Positions 1 to 9,590 of a stretch of 27,981 nucleotides of DNA are shown here, one piece after another (position 1 is the stretch's first letter; each line of letters opens with the position of its first letter). The translations under genes were made by a program, and so were the position numbers. Source of the DNA: Cloacimonetes bacterium TCS62. GTDB taxonomy: Bacteria > Cloacimonadota > Cloacimonadia > Cloacimonadales > TCS61. Under the pieces are notes generated by a model. The model saw only the letters and a program-made list of their open reading frames with translations. It was not told where the DNA came from and made no database searches. The stretch covers positions 1 to 27,981 of the forward strand of contig LSCM01000002.1 in NCBI GenBank assembly GCA_001577185.1. Direction: 5' to 3'.

Positions 1-1605
<1,605 letters not shown>

Positions 1606-1671
1606 ATATTTATAATTTCTCTATCGCACTTCTTAATACCTTACAAAGGTCTTGATTAAAATTAGAGCCTT

Positions 1672-1795
1672 TAGTGATGGTGGTAAGAGCGGTGAGGTCA
1701 CACCTGTTCCCATCCCGAACACAGAAGTTAAGCTCACCTGCGCCGATGGTACTGCATGGGTAACTGTGTGGAAGAGTAGGTCGCCGCCATCACTA
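1672..1795 (+). rRNA. rrf: 5S rRNA
   Basis: It lies 66 nt downstream of 23S. It has the conserved 5S core GGTGAGGTCACACCTGTTCCCATCCCGAACACAGAAGTTAAGC and ..GAAGAGTAGGTCGCCGCCATCACTA. Helix I is formed by 1672-1683 pairing with 1784-1795. The pairing extends outward to 1665/1802, so the mature ends are uncertain by a few nt. Confidence 0.9.
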
Positions 1796-1851
1796 AAGGC
1801 TCGTTTTATTTTTCTTATGGACTAAAAACAAGTTTTAAGCGAAGTAAGAAG

Positions 1852-2454
1852 TTACTTTAAAATCATTATCCTATTAGCATTTTCTAAATTGACTAGATAT
1901 TTTTCTAATTTCCTTTTTTTATGATGTTTTATAGAAATTTTTATTGTTACTTCTGCTGCATAGTCTATATTTACAATATCAGCATTAAGTTGCTCTAATT
2001 GGTACTTTAACTGTTCAGCAAAATCATATTCAGCTTTGAGTCTATAAAATTCTAATTTAACAATTTTTTTTAAAGGAGCCAATTTAATAGCAGTATCCAC
2101 GCTTTCGCCATAAGCATTGATAAGTCCACGAATACCTAACTTCACTCCTCCAAAATAGCGGGTTACAACTACTGCAATATTTGTCATTTCATGTTTTTTA
2201 AGTGAGTTTAACATTGGTTTCCCAGCAGTTCCTGATGGTTCACCTGCATCTGATGAATGAAAGGTTTCACCCTTTTCACCTATGATATAAGCCCAACAAT
2301 TGTGATTGGCTGTTTTGTAGTTATCAGAGATTTTTGAAATATAATACTTGGCCTCTGCCATGGTTGTTACAGAATACATACTAACAATAAATCTGGAACG
2401 TTTGATCTTTATTTCGGCTGTTCTTTCTTTAGCTATTGAATAAAAATATTTCAT
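1852..2454 (-). CDS. yigZ: IMPACT/YigZ family protein (UPF0029)
   Basis: 200 aa. Family landmarks are IKRSRFI, NHNCWAY, SSDAGEPSGTAGKPML and VVVTRYFGGVKLGIRGLINAY. Its start is 12 nt downstream of the SNF2 gene stop on the same strand. Confidence 0.85.
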   Translation of the reverse strand: MKYFYSIAKERTAEIKIKRSRFIVSMYSVTTMAEAKYYISKISDNYKTANHNCWAYIIGEKGETFHSSDAGEPSGTAGKPMLNSLKKHEMTNIAVVVTRYFGGVKLGIRGLINAYGESVDTAIKLAPLKKIVKLEFYRLKAEYDFAEQLKYQLEQLNADIVNIDYAAEVTIKISIKHHKKRKLEKYLVNLENANRIMILK

Positions 2455-2466
2455 AGATTATTCAGA

Positions 2467-5400
2467 TCAATTTTCTATAAGTTCTCTCAATTGTTCTACA
2501 TCCATTTTTTTAATAACGCTTTGTCCTTTCTCTATTATGCTTTCAAACATTTTCTTCTTACTTTGCTGTAATGAAATAATTTTTTCCTCAATTGTATCTT
2601 TAGTTATTGTCTTATAGACCATGACTTTCTTTGTTTGGCCAATCCTATGAGCGCGGTCAATAGCCTGATTTTCCCCCATTGGATTCCACCAAGGGTCAAC
2701 GATAATTACAGTGTCAGCAGCGGTAAGATTCAAACCATATCCACCTGTTTTCAAGCTAATCAGGAATGCGCGAACCTTATTATTATTGTTGAAATTCTCT
2801 ATGACATTTTTTCGATTTTTCGTCGATCCATCCATGTATTCATATCTAATTTGTTCTTCTTTAAGAAGTTTTTTTAATGTTTGCAACATCTTCACAAATT
2901 GGCTGAAAATCAATAACTTTTTATCATTCTCAACTGCATCTACAATAACTTCTCTTAATGTTTCTATTTTACCAGAAAGTTCTAATTTGTTATCTATATT
3001 TTTTTCAATCATAGCAGGATGATTACACACCTGTCTTAATTTAGTAAGAGCTGCAAGAATATGTATATAATTTGAGCCAAGATCTCCTGGTATTTGCATA
3101 TATTTTTTGCGTACATTTTCAATAATTTGTAGGTAAATTTTCTTTTGAATATCAGTCATCGTACAATAGATTATCTGTTCTTGTTTGTCCGGTAATTCAA
3201 TGAGAACATTCTGTTTTTTTCTGCGTAAAATGAAAGGTGAAACGTGCATTTTCAATTTATCAAAAGTATTATCATCATTAGTGGAATTCACATATCTACT
3301 TTTAAATTTCTTATTGGATGGTAGATATCCGGGCATGAGAAAATCAAATATCGACCATAATTCTAGTGGATGATTTTCGATTGGTGTACCAGTTAAAGCC
3401 ATTTTATGATTTGATTGCAATTTTTTTATAGCTTTAGTTCTTAAGGCAGAAGGATTTTTAATATGCTGAGCTTCATCAAGAATAATGTATTCAAAATCTA
3501 TTTCAGAAAGCTGCTCAATATCATTTTGGATAATTGAATAGGAAGCGAATAGAATATGTACGTTTAGATTTTCTAATATTTTTTTACGTTCCTTTTTTGA
3601 TCCTTCATACAATCTATATGAAAGACTTTTATTGAATTTCTCAATCTCTGCTGCCCAGTTAAATAGTAACGTTTTGGGGCAGATCACTAGATTATTAGAG
3701 TTGGTATTTAATTTCGATAGCACAGCTATTGCCTGTACAGTTTTTCCTAATCCCATATCATCTGCTAAGATTCCTGACATCCCATAATTTTGAAGCATCA
3801 TAAGCCATTGGAATCCGGCTTTTTGATAACTTCTTAGAACAGGTTTCATAAAATTTGGTAACTCTGGTTTTTTCTCTAGTTTTCTTCTAATAATTGCTGA
3901 GAACATTTCCTCTAAGTATTCATCACCTTCAATATTAATACCATCATTAACTGTATGTAGCTGATATACATAGGGTAGATTATAGATTGATAGTTTATAA
4001 CCCTTATCTTTTTTCTTAGCTTTACTTTTCTTCAATAACTTATTGATCTCATCAAAAGCATCCTTGTTTTCAAAGAAAAGTAGTCTACCATCTTTCAATT
4101 TAAGAAATTTTTCTTTATTTTTAAAGAATTTTTTTAACTCAGCATGTGTGAATTTGATATCTTTATAATTATACTCAACATCATATTCGAACCAATTTAT
4201 TTTACTTGTTGATTTTGTTTTGATAACAGGTTTAAGACTAACTTTATAAATAAATTCTTTCTTAAGATCTTCTGATAGTTCTATATTCCAACTTGGTTTT
4301 CCAAATTCAAAAATAATTTTCTTTAAATTCTCAATAGTTTTAGAGCCTTCGAAAAGTAATTGAGAGTTTTCTTCTAGATCATCGCTATTATATTCTGGAA
4401 ATTTTCTTACAAACTGCAGAATCTCATACTTAATATGAGGAGGAATATAAAACCAACGAGATTTTCTATCGATATCATATTTCACCAATTCAACTGGTAA
4501 AAGAATAGAAGACATTGGTATTTCAAGACCATCTTTATAATCAAGTATACCTTCCATGATAATATTGTTTTTGCCTTCTTTATAGAGTCTATAGGTTATG
4601 ATAGGTGTATTATGGAGTACTTCATCTATTTCAATGCCATCTTCAAAATCCAAATAGCATTTTACTAATCCTAATTGACGAGCTACAATTGATGATAGAT
4701 AAACAAGATCAGCTTTTTGTAGAAAATAACCGTCTGCAAAAATCTGTTGAGTTACTTTATTTTTAAAAGGTAAATTTATAGCGTAAACTATGTTCTTCTT
4801 GAACACATACGTTGAAATACCAGGATAAACAGAAGAGATATTCTCATTATTTGATATCCCTAATTTAAACTTATCATAGGAGATTTGCTTAACGAAAAAA
4901 TTTATGCGAAGATCTTCTTCGGAGAAGTGCATCTGATCACCTGTTTCTTTAATATAAGTTTTATGTTGTAAACTTTTTAAAATTGGTAAAAAGTGAATAA
5001 AATTTTTCTTATATATAGTAAAAAATTTATTTTTCCTACTAAAGGAACATTTATTTTTTTGCAAAAGTTTAAAAAATTCCAATTCCATAGAAGAGAGTGC
5101 TTTCATCTGCTTTTCTGCTTTAGGGATTAGTTCAAGATCATCTTCTTTGAATTCACCATTTGCGGCTATGATAGAGATTATCCTAATTTCAAGTGGATGA
5201 TAGCTTTTCAAATGAAATCTGATCTTATCAGTTTTTTGATTGTAAATGTCTGCGATTTCTATCTTTGCATTAATAGTAGTTCTTTGCCAATATTCATTAT
5301 AATTGAGTAAATTCGTATGATATGTTTGAACTACTTTTTTTTCTAACATATCAGTTGTAAGAAATTTATAAGCATAATTTAAAATTGAAAGATAGTGCTT

Positions 5401-5652
5401 ACAATCTTCTTCACCGCATTGAGAGCAACGATGCTCCGAAATTTTACGTTTACTTTTATTATAGATTATCTCTACCTCTGCTTCAAATATAGGCCTAATA
5501 GATGTTGTGGGTTCAAATTTAAATACTATCTCTTTATTTTCATCAAGATAGTTCTGAAAAGAAAGATCTGATTTCTTTAAATGTATTATGGAACTTTTAA
5601 AAAACCAAGAATTTGATGATTCATGGTATTCTTTCCCAAATAGTCGTGCCAT
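2467..5652 (-). CDS. SWIM zinc-finger / SNF2-family DEAD-like helicase (ATP-dependent translocase)
   Basis: 1061 aa. An N-terminal SWIM-like Cys/His cluster is present (CSQCGEEDCKHY). The C-terminal half has all SNF2 helicase motifs: ILADDMGLGKT (I), IILDEAQHIKN (II), ALTGTPIEN (III), LISLKTGGYGLNLTAADTVIIVDPWWNP (V) and QAIDRAHRIGQ (VI). Confidence 0.9.
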   Translation of the reverse strand: MARLFGKEYHESSNSWFFKSSIIHLKKSDLSFQNYLDENKEIVFKFEPTTSIRPIFEAEVEIIYNKSKRKISEHRCSQCGEEDCKHYLSILNYAYKFLTTDMLEKKVVQTYHTNLLNYNEYWQRTTINAKIEIADIYNQKTDKIRFHLKSYHPLEIRIISIIAANGEFKEDDLELIPKAEKQMKALSSMELEFFKLLQKNKCSFSRKNKFFTIYKKNFIHFLPILKSLQHKTYIKETGDQMHFSEEDLRINFFVKQISYDKFKLGISNNENISSVYPGISTYVFKKNIVYAINLPFKNKVTQQIFADGYFLQKADLVYLSSIVARQLGLVKCYLDFEDGIEIDEVLHNTPIITYRLYKEGKNNIIMEGILDYKDGLEIPMSSILLPVELVKYDIDRKSRWFYIPPHIKYEILQFVRKFPEYNSDDLEENSQLLFEGSKTIENLKKIIFEFGKPSWNIELSEDLKKEFIYKVSLKPVIKTKSTSKINWFEYDVEYNYKDIKFTHAELKKFFKNKEKFLKLKDGRLLFFENKDAFDEINKLLKKSKAKKKDKGYKLSIYNLPYVYQLHTVNDGINIEGDEYLEEMFSAIIRRKLEKKPELPNFMKPVLRSYQKAGFQWLMMLQNYGMSGILADDMGLGKTVQAIAVLSKLNTNSNNLVICPKTLLFNWAAEIEKFNKSLSYRLYEGSKKERKKILENLNVHILFASYSIIQNDIEQLSEIDFEYIILDEAQHIKNPSALRTKAIKKLQSNHKMALTGTPIENHPLELWSIFDFLMPGYLPSNKKFKSRYVNSTNDDNTFDKLKMHVSPFILRRKKQNVLIELPDKQEQIIYCTMTDIQKKIYLQIIENVRKKYMQIPGDLGSNYIHILAALTKLRQVCNHPAMIEKNIDNKLELSGKIETLREVIVDAVENDKKLLIFSQFVKMLQTLKKLLKEEQIRYEYMDGSTKNRKNVIENFNNNNKVRAFLISLKTGGYGLNLTAADTVIIVDPWWNPMGENQAIDRAHRIGQTKKVMVYKTITKDTIEEKIISLQQSKKKMFESIIEKGQSVIKKMDVEQLRELIEN

Positions 5653-5765
5653 CGAAACTCCTTAATTATTTATAAAGATTTCGAATGATATTACATTATT
5701 TAAAGAGTCAAGATATAATTTTTTTTATTTATTAGTCCGCATTTTATTATGCATACAATTAATTC

Positions 5766-5794
5766 TTGACATAACATATTAGATTTCAAAACTA
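5766..5794 (+). promoter_or_regulatory. Putative sigma70-like promoter of the TonB-dependent receptor gene
   Basis: A perfect TTGACA lies at 5766-5771 within ATTCTTGACA. After a 17-nt spacer comes AAACTA at 5789-5794 (context TCAAAACTA), about 30 nt upstream of the ATG. The same TTCTTGACA-N15-CAAARCTA arrangement occurs upstream of rho. The -10 assignment is weak. Confidence 0.3.
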
Positions 5795-5823
5795 AAAGCT
5801 TTATTAAAGAAAGTGAGGTATTT

Positions 5824-8800
5824 ATGAAAAAAATTGTATCATTAATTTTTATTGTTTTACTAACCGGGCTGTATGGTCAAAATGTCGGTCGTGTTGCTGG
5901 GAAAATAACATTTCAGGGGTCAAATGAACCGATTTCGAATGTTACAATACAAATAAAACAGATAAAAAAAGGTGTAACTTCCAGGGCAAATGGAACCTAT
6001 ATTTTAAGGGATTTGCCTGTTGGTAGGTATGAAGTCGAGTTTAGTTTGATTGGATTTCGCAAAAAAACTAAGCAAGTAGAAGTCAGAAATGATGAGACTA
6101 CTGTGGTAAATACAGAGCTCAGTCGAAAAGCAATAGAGATCGAAGGCATGAAAGTTTCTGCAAATAGAGCTGTGGCAAGAGAAACTCCAGTATCTTTTAC
6201 GAATATAACTGAAGAAACAATTAGAGATAAATATACTACTGGCGATATGCCGCAAATGCTGGATGATGTACCTGGTCTTTTTTCAACAACATCTGGAATG
6301 GGTGAGGCAGAGATAACTATGAGAGGTTTTGATGCTAATAAAATCCAGATATTGATAAATGGTATTCCGGTCAATGATCCTGAAAGTCAGGTTGTTTACT
6401 GGAGTAATTGGACTGGACTTTCTTCCAATGTAAAATCTGTTCAAGTGCAGAGAGGTGCTGGTGCTTCTTTATATGGTTCAGGTGCTTTTGGCGGTTCGGT
6501 AAATATTGAAACTATGGGATCAGAGAATAATTCCGAATTTACGATTCGATCCTCTTCCGGTTATTATACAACTGATGACAAATCTGCAACTTCAAATGGT
6601 GAAATGGAAAATTATGACCCTATTAACTACAATCTTATGTTCAAATATGCTTCAGGTTTGCTTTATAATGATAAATTTAAATTTGATATAACTATGGAAA
6701 GGAAAGCAGGAGACTACTATGTCCGTGGTACAGAATACGATGGTTGGTCATTTGGTGTAGAAGCAGAAAATCGATTGGGAAATCATGTTATAAATTCAAG
6801 TTTTATCGCAGCTCCTCAAAGTCATAACCAGGCGCGTTCTACTTACGATCCAGAACTCGGTAAATTCCTAGGGCGAGAATTCAATTTTACTAATCATAAA
6901 TGGCAGGAAAACAGTTATTTCAAACCGCAATTATCTATACGAGATCGATGGTCTTTTTCACCTGATGCATATTTGATGACCAATATTTTTGCGACTAGCG
7001 GAAATGGTTACGGCAGTTATGCCAATAATATTGTTTTTAATGCTCGAACTGGTGAAATTTTGGAACAAGATTTACGTACAGCAGATCAGGAAAGAAAACT
7101 TTTTGGTCAATATGCTTATTATTTGTATAATCAGTTTGGTTACGAAACAGAAGGGCTTGAAGTATACCAAGATTCTATATACGGACAATGGATTGAGTTA
7201 GCAAATTTTGAGTGGGCAGGAGGAATAGCTGAAAATTTAAGTGCTATAGACAATCTTACTAATGACAGAGATCATACAAGTCGCAAATCTAGTTATAATA
7301 ATCATAAACAATTGGGTCTTAATTCATATTTGGAAACAGATATCACTGAAAATTTAAATCTAATTGCGGGAATTGAAGGACGATATTGGATGGCGGATCA
7401 TTATAAAGAAGGTTCTGATTTTCTGTATTATGACCCAACAGATCCGGATTCTGTTTCCAGTTTGGGTAATTACATGCGAGATTACGACTATTCATCCATT
7501 GTATTAAACACTTCAGGTTTTGCTAGATCAAAGATTAATATACCATTTGAGTCTGGCATTGAGAGTATCAATTTAATGTTAGATGGGCAATATGCAGTGT
7601 ATTATTCCGAAGTTGATGAAAACTTGATTCGATATTATGACCCTATTGCAGATGAATTTCTTGATGAAGGATATTATATTTCGAAAAGTGATTCCGTTTC
7701 TGTTTGGCAACATCAACCAAATGGCGATTCAATACAAGTTTATGTTCCCAAATTCAATGAAGATGATTATAATCGTACATTTAATTTTTTCTCACCTAAA
7801 TTTGGTATAAATGTAAATCTGGATGCAAATTGGAATGTTCTTGCAAACTATTCAATAGTTTACAAAGAACCACGTGTAAGAGATTGGTACGATAGAGATA
7901 TAGGTACAAATGACATGGGGGGACCTGGTATAAAACAGGCAGATGCTTATGGAAATATCTTAGCTGAACTGGAACCAGAAAAATGTTCTACAATAGAAGG
8001 TGGACTTGGATTTAAAAATGACGCATTTAGATTTGATGCAACTTACTATTATGCCCATTACACAGATAAGATTGAAAGTGCAACAATAGGACAGGGTGAT
8101 CAAACTAATAATGCTACTCTGAATGTAGGAGAAGCAACTCACCAGGGTTTAGAACTTGCCCTAAAAGGTAAGATCGGAAACTGGGATTACAACTCTTCAG
8201 CAACTTTTTCCAGAAATAGATGGGGAAAACTGAATGATAAGTATCAGACAATCTTCTATGAAAATGCTGAAGATGTTGAAGGTAAAGTCGTACCATTTTC
8301 TCCAGAAAAAATGGCTGCTGGTGGAATTGGATATACTTTCCATGAAGTACCGTTAAACGGGAAACTACGAATAGGATTGAATACGAAATGGTCGGATGAT
8401 TATTATACTACTTATGATAATGTATATTGCAAACAATTGTTTTATTATGATGATGAAGGAAACTTTGTATCAATTGGAGAGCATGAATTTGTTGAAAACA
8501 TAAATGGAACAGGTGGTTATGATTATAATGAAAGTACTGGAGAATATCAAGTCAATTTTTATGATGAAGGTGATTATGATAGAGAATGGGTATTGAGAAG
8601 TTCCAAACTGCCAGCTTTCTTTGAGCTAAATGGTTCTATCAGTTACGATTTCTATGTTGGGAATCATGAAGCTTCGATCAAATTAAATGTTAACAACATT
8701 ACGAATAAAATGGATAACTATTCTAAAGCTTATATTGGCAGAGCTTATGGCATGACAATAATACAAGAAGATGGTAGTAAAGAAAATGTTGTGTTTGGGG

Positions 8801-8901
8801 AAGGTGCTTCTAATGGAGATGATGAGGGTAGTGGTTATTATCCTTACTTGAGTCCGTCTCCACTTTTGAATTTTTTCCTTACTTTAGAATATAAATTCTA
8901 A
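5824..8901 (+). CDS. TonB-dependent outer-membrane receptor with N-terminal CarboxypepD_reg-like domain
   Basis: 1025 aa. It has a signal peptide (MKKIVSLIFIVLLTGLYGQ) and a carboxypeptidase-regulatory-like beta-sandwich (GKITFQGSNEPISNVTIQI...GTYILRDLPVGRYEVEFSLIGF). A plug region follows (DVPGLFSTTSGMGEAEITMRGFDANKIQILINGIPVND, LYGSGAFGGSVNIET), then a long beta-barrel ending in the aromatic terminus LEYKF. An SD-like GTGAGGT precedes the ATG. Confidence 0.88.
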   Translation: MKKIVSLIFIVLLTGLYGQNVGRVAGKITFQGSNEPISNVTIQIKQIKKGVTSRANGTYILRDLPVGRYEVEFSLIGFRKKTKQVEVRNDETTVVNTELSRKAIEIEGMKVSANRAVARETPVSFTNITEETIRDKYTTGDMPQMLDDVPGLFSTTSGMGEAEITMRGFDANKIQILINGIPVNDPESQVVYWSNWTGLSSNVKSVQVQRGAGASLYGSGAFGGSVNIETMGSENNSEFTIRSSSGYYTTDDKSATSNGEMENYDPINYNLMFKYASGLLYNDKFKFDITMERKAGDYYVRGTEYDGWSFGVEAENRLGNHVINSSFIAAPQSHNQARSTYDPELGKFLGREFNFTNHKWQENSYFKPQLSIRDRWSFSPDAYLMTNIFATSGNGYGSYANNIVFNARTGEILEQDLRTADQERKLFGQYAYYLYNQFGYETEGLEVYQDSIYGQWIELANFEWAGGIAENLSAIDNLTNDRDHTSRKSSYNNHKQLGLNSYLETDITENLNLIAGIEGRYWMADHYKEGSDFLYYDPTDPDSVSSLGNYMRDYDYSSIVLNTSGFARSKINIPFESGIESINLMLDGQYAVYYSEVDENLIRYYDPIADEFLDEGYYISKSDSVSVWQHQPNGDSIQVYVPKFNEDDYNRTFNFFSPKFGINVNLDANWNVLANYSIVYKEPRVRDWYDRDIGTNDMGGPGIKQADAYGNILAELEPEKCSTIEGGLGFKNDAFRFDATYYYAHYTDKIESATIGQGDQTNNATLNVGEATHQGLELALKGKIGNWDYNSSATFSRNRWGKLNDKYQTIFYENAEDVEGKVVPFSPEKMAAGGIGYTFHEVPLNGKLRIGLNTKWSDDYYTTYDNVYCKQLFYYDDEGNFVSIGEHEFVENINGTGGYDYNESTGEYQVNFYDEGDYDREWVLRSSKLPAFFELNGSISYDFYVGNHEASIKLNVNNITNKMDNYSKAYIGRAYGMTIIQEDGSKENVVFGEGASNGDDEGSGYYPYLSPSPLLNFFLTLEYKF

Positions 8902-8911
8902 ATCAACAAAC

Positions 8912-8944
8912 AAAAAGAAGCCGGAAATTCCGGCTTCTTTTTTT
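8912..8944. terminator. Rho-independent terminator (bidirectional) after the receptor gene
   Basis: The stem GAAGCCGG (8917-8924) pairs with CCGGCTTC (8930-8937). It is flanked by an A-run (8912-8916) and a 7-T run (8938-8944), 11 nt after the stop codon. Confidence 0.85.
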
Positions 8945-8982
8945 GACAATAGCAACCTCTTTTTCTTCTGAATCCTAATGAG

Positions 8983-9174
8983 TTCTGCATAATTAATAAG
9001 AAACCGCTGAAGCGGTTATAAAAAAATGATTTAATTAAGAAAACCCACAGTTGAAACTGTGGGCTAACTCTCTGAAACATATTTTATTAGCCCACGAATT
9101 TATTCGTGGATATAATGATATTTGTGATGCTTAACCATTTTAATGGTTTTAAATTTTTCAATAGTTATGCAGAA
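8983..9174. other. Hairpin cluster in a convergent intergenic region (tandem terminators, structured RNA or MITE-like remnant)
   Basis: Four short hairpins are present: 9002-9017 (AACCGC/TGAA/GCGGTT), 9044-9063 (CCCACAGT/TGAA/ACTGTGGG), 9092-9109 (CCACGAA/TTTA/TTCGTGG) and 9133-9148 (AACCAT/TTTA/ATGGTT). They are bracketed by a 10-bp inverted repeat, TTCTGCATAA (8983-8992) and TTATGCAGAA (9165-9174). An alternative 9-bp pairing (9059-9067 with 9087-9095) is mutually exclusive with hairpins 2 and 3. Confidence 0.35.
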
Positions 9175-9175
9175 T

Positions 9176-9511
9176 TTATTCTGACTTTTCTGAGTCTTTC
9201 TCTTTAATTTCAATCACAAACCGGTTCCTGCCGCAAGTTGGATAGAACTCTTCGATATAATCTAAAACTGTTTTTTCAATATCCTCATTTTCTTCTATTG
9301 TCTCTTTAGAAAATGTAAGTGTAATAGTAATTTTTTGAAGAGTTAGCTGCAGATCGAATCCAGGTTTTTCTCCCAGAATATTCTGCAAATATTGAGGAAG
9401 GCTTTTTGATATCCCAATAATTGATTTGATTTTTTGGAGTAGTTTTACGATAAATGCGAAAATAGATATAAAAAACAAAAATCCAAATAATTTCTTTATT
9501 TTTCCTTTCAT
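9176..9511 (-). CDS. Hypothetical small protein with an N-terminal membrane anchor
   Basis: 111 aa counted from the ATG at 9511 (MKGKIKKLFGFLFFISIFAFIV...), which is preceded by a GGAGG SD (9516-9520, minus strand). The track's TTG start at 9523 lies inside that SD. It has an N-terminal hydrophobic helix and an acidic C-terminal half. I recognise no family. Confidence 0.6.
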   Translation of the reverse strand: MKGKIKKLFGFLFFISIFAFIVKLLQKIKSIIGISKSLPQYLQNILGEKPGFDLQLTLQKITITLTFSKETIEENEDIEKTVLDYIEEFYPTCGRNRFVIEIKEKDSEKSE

Positions 9512-9527
9512 AGTTCCTCCCAAAATA

Positions 9528-9563
9528 TATCAGGTTCCCGAAGTAAAACCCGGAAACCTGATA
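9528..9563 (-). terminator. Hairpin between the T9SS-cargo gene and the small ORF (weak terminator or attenuating stem)
   Basis: TATCAGGTT (9528-9536) pairs with AACCTGATA (9555-9563), with an inner CCG/CGG pairing. On the minus strand it is followed by ATATTTTGGGAGG, a short T tract that runs into the SD of the next gene. Confidence 0.4.
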
Positions 9564-9590
9564 GAGAGTTAAGTTTTTGAATCCCTAAAA

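Noticed and set aside
2635-3373. Plus-strand ORFs 2635-2877, 2711-3022 and 3185-3373
   Set aside because: They are antisense to, and fully inside, the well-supported SNF2 helicase CDS. Their translations are low-complexity and Phe/Ile/Leu/Ser-rich, as is typical of the reverse frame of AT-rich genes.
2467-5652. SNF2 helicase as part of a phage-defence island (DISARM-like or other SNF2-containing system)
   Set aside because: No methyltransferase, DUF1998, PLD nuclease, additional helicase or other defence partners are adjacent. The neighbours are an rRNA operon, yigZ and an outer-membrane receptor.
5653-5823. Possible riboswitch (for example cobalamin or TPP) in the leader of the TonB-dependent receptor gene
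   Set aside because: The 170-nt region is almost pure AT. It has no conserved riboswitch core strings (no B12-box-like GCCACTG, no CTGAGA-type TPP motif) and no convincing multi-stem structure.
5997-8296. Short ORFs inside the TonB-dependent receptor gene, either antisense or in a different forward frame (5997-6374, 6004-6255, 6506-6691, 6989-7201, 7960-8142, 8114-8296)
   Set aside because: All are embedded in a 1025-aa CDS that shows clear family features from end to end. None has an SD or domain signature.
8440-8590. Asp/Glu/Tyr/Asn-rich insertion near the C-terminus of the receptor (FYYDDEGNF...YDYNESTGEYQVNFYDEGDYDREW)
   Set aside because: It is most simply an extended extracellular loop of the barrel, possibly cation-binding. 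No repeat structure or independent ORF was seen, so it does not stand as a separate finding.
5824-8901. SusC/SusD-type polysaccharide utilisation locus
   Set aside because: The receptor has the CarboxypepD_reg N-terminus seen in SusC-like proteins. However, no SusD-like lipoprotein gene follows it; a terminator and convergent genes follow instead.
8898-9080. 60-aa minus-strand ORF spanning the intergenic hairpins
   Set aside because: The reading frame runs through three terminator-like hairpins and ends in the terminator of the receptor gene. There is no SD and the composition is dictated by the palindromes. I treated the region as RNA or terminator structure instead.
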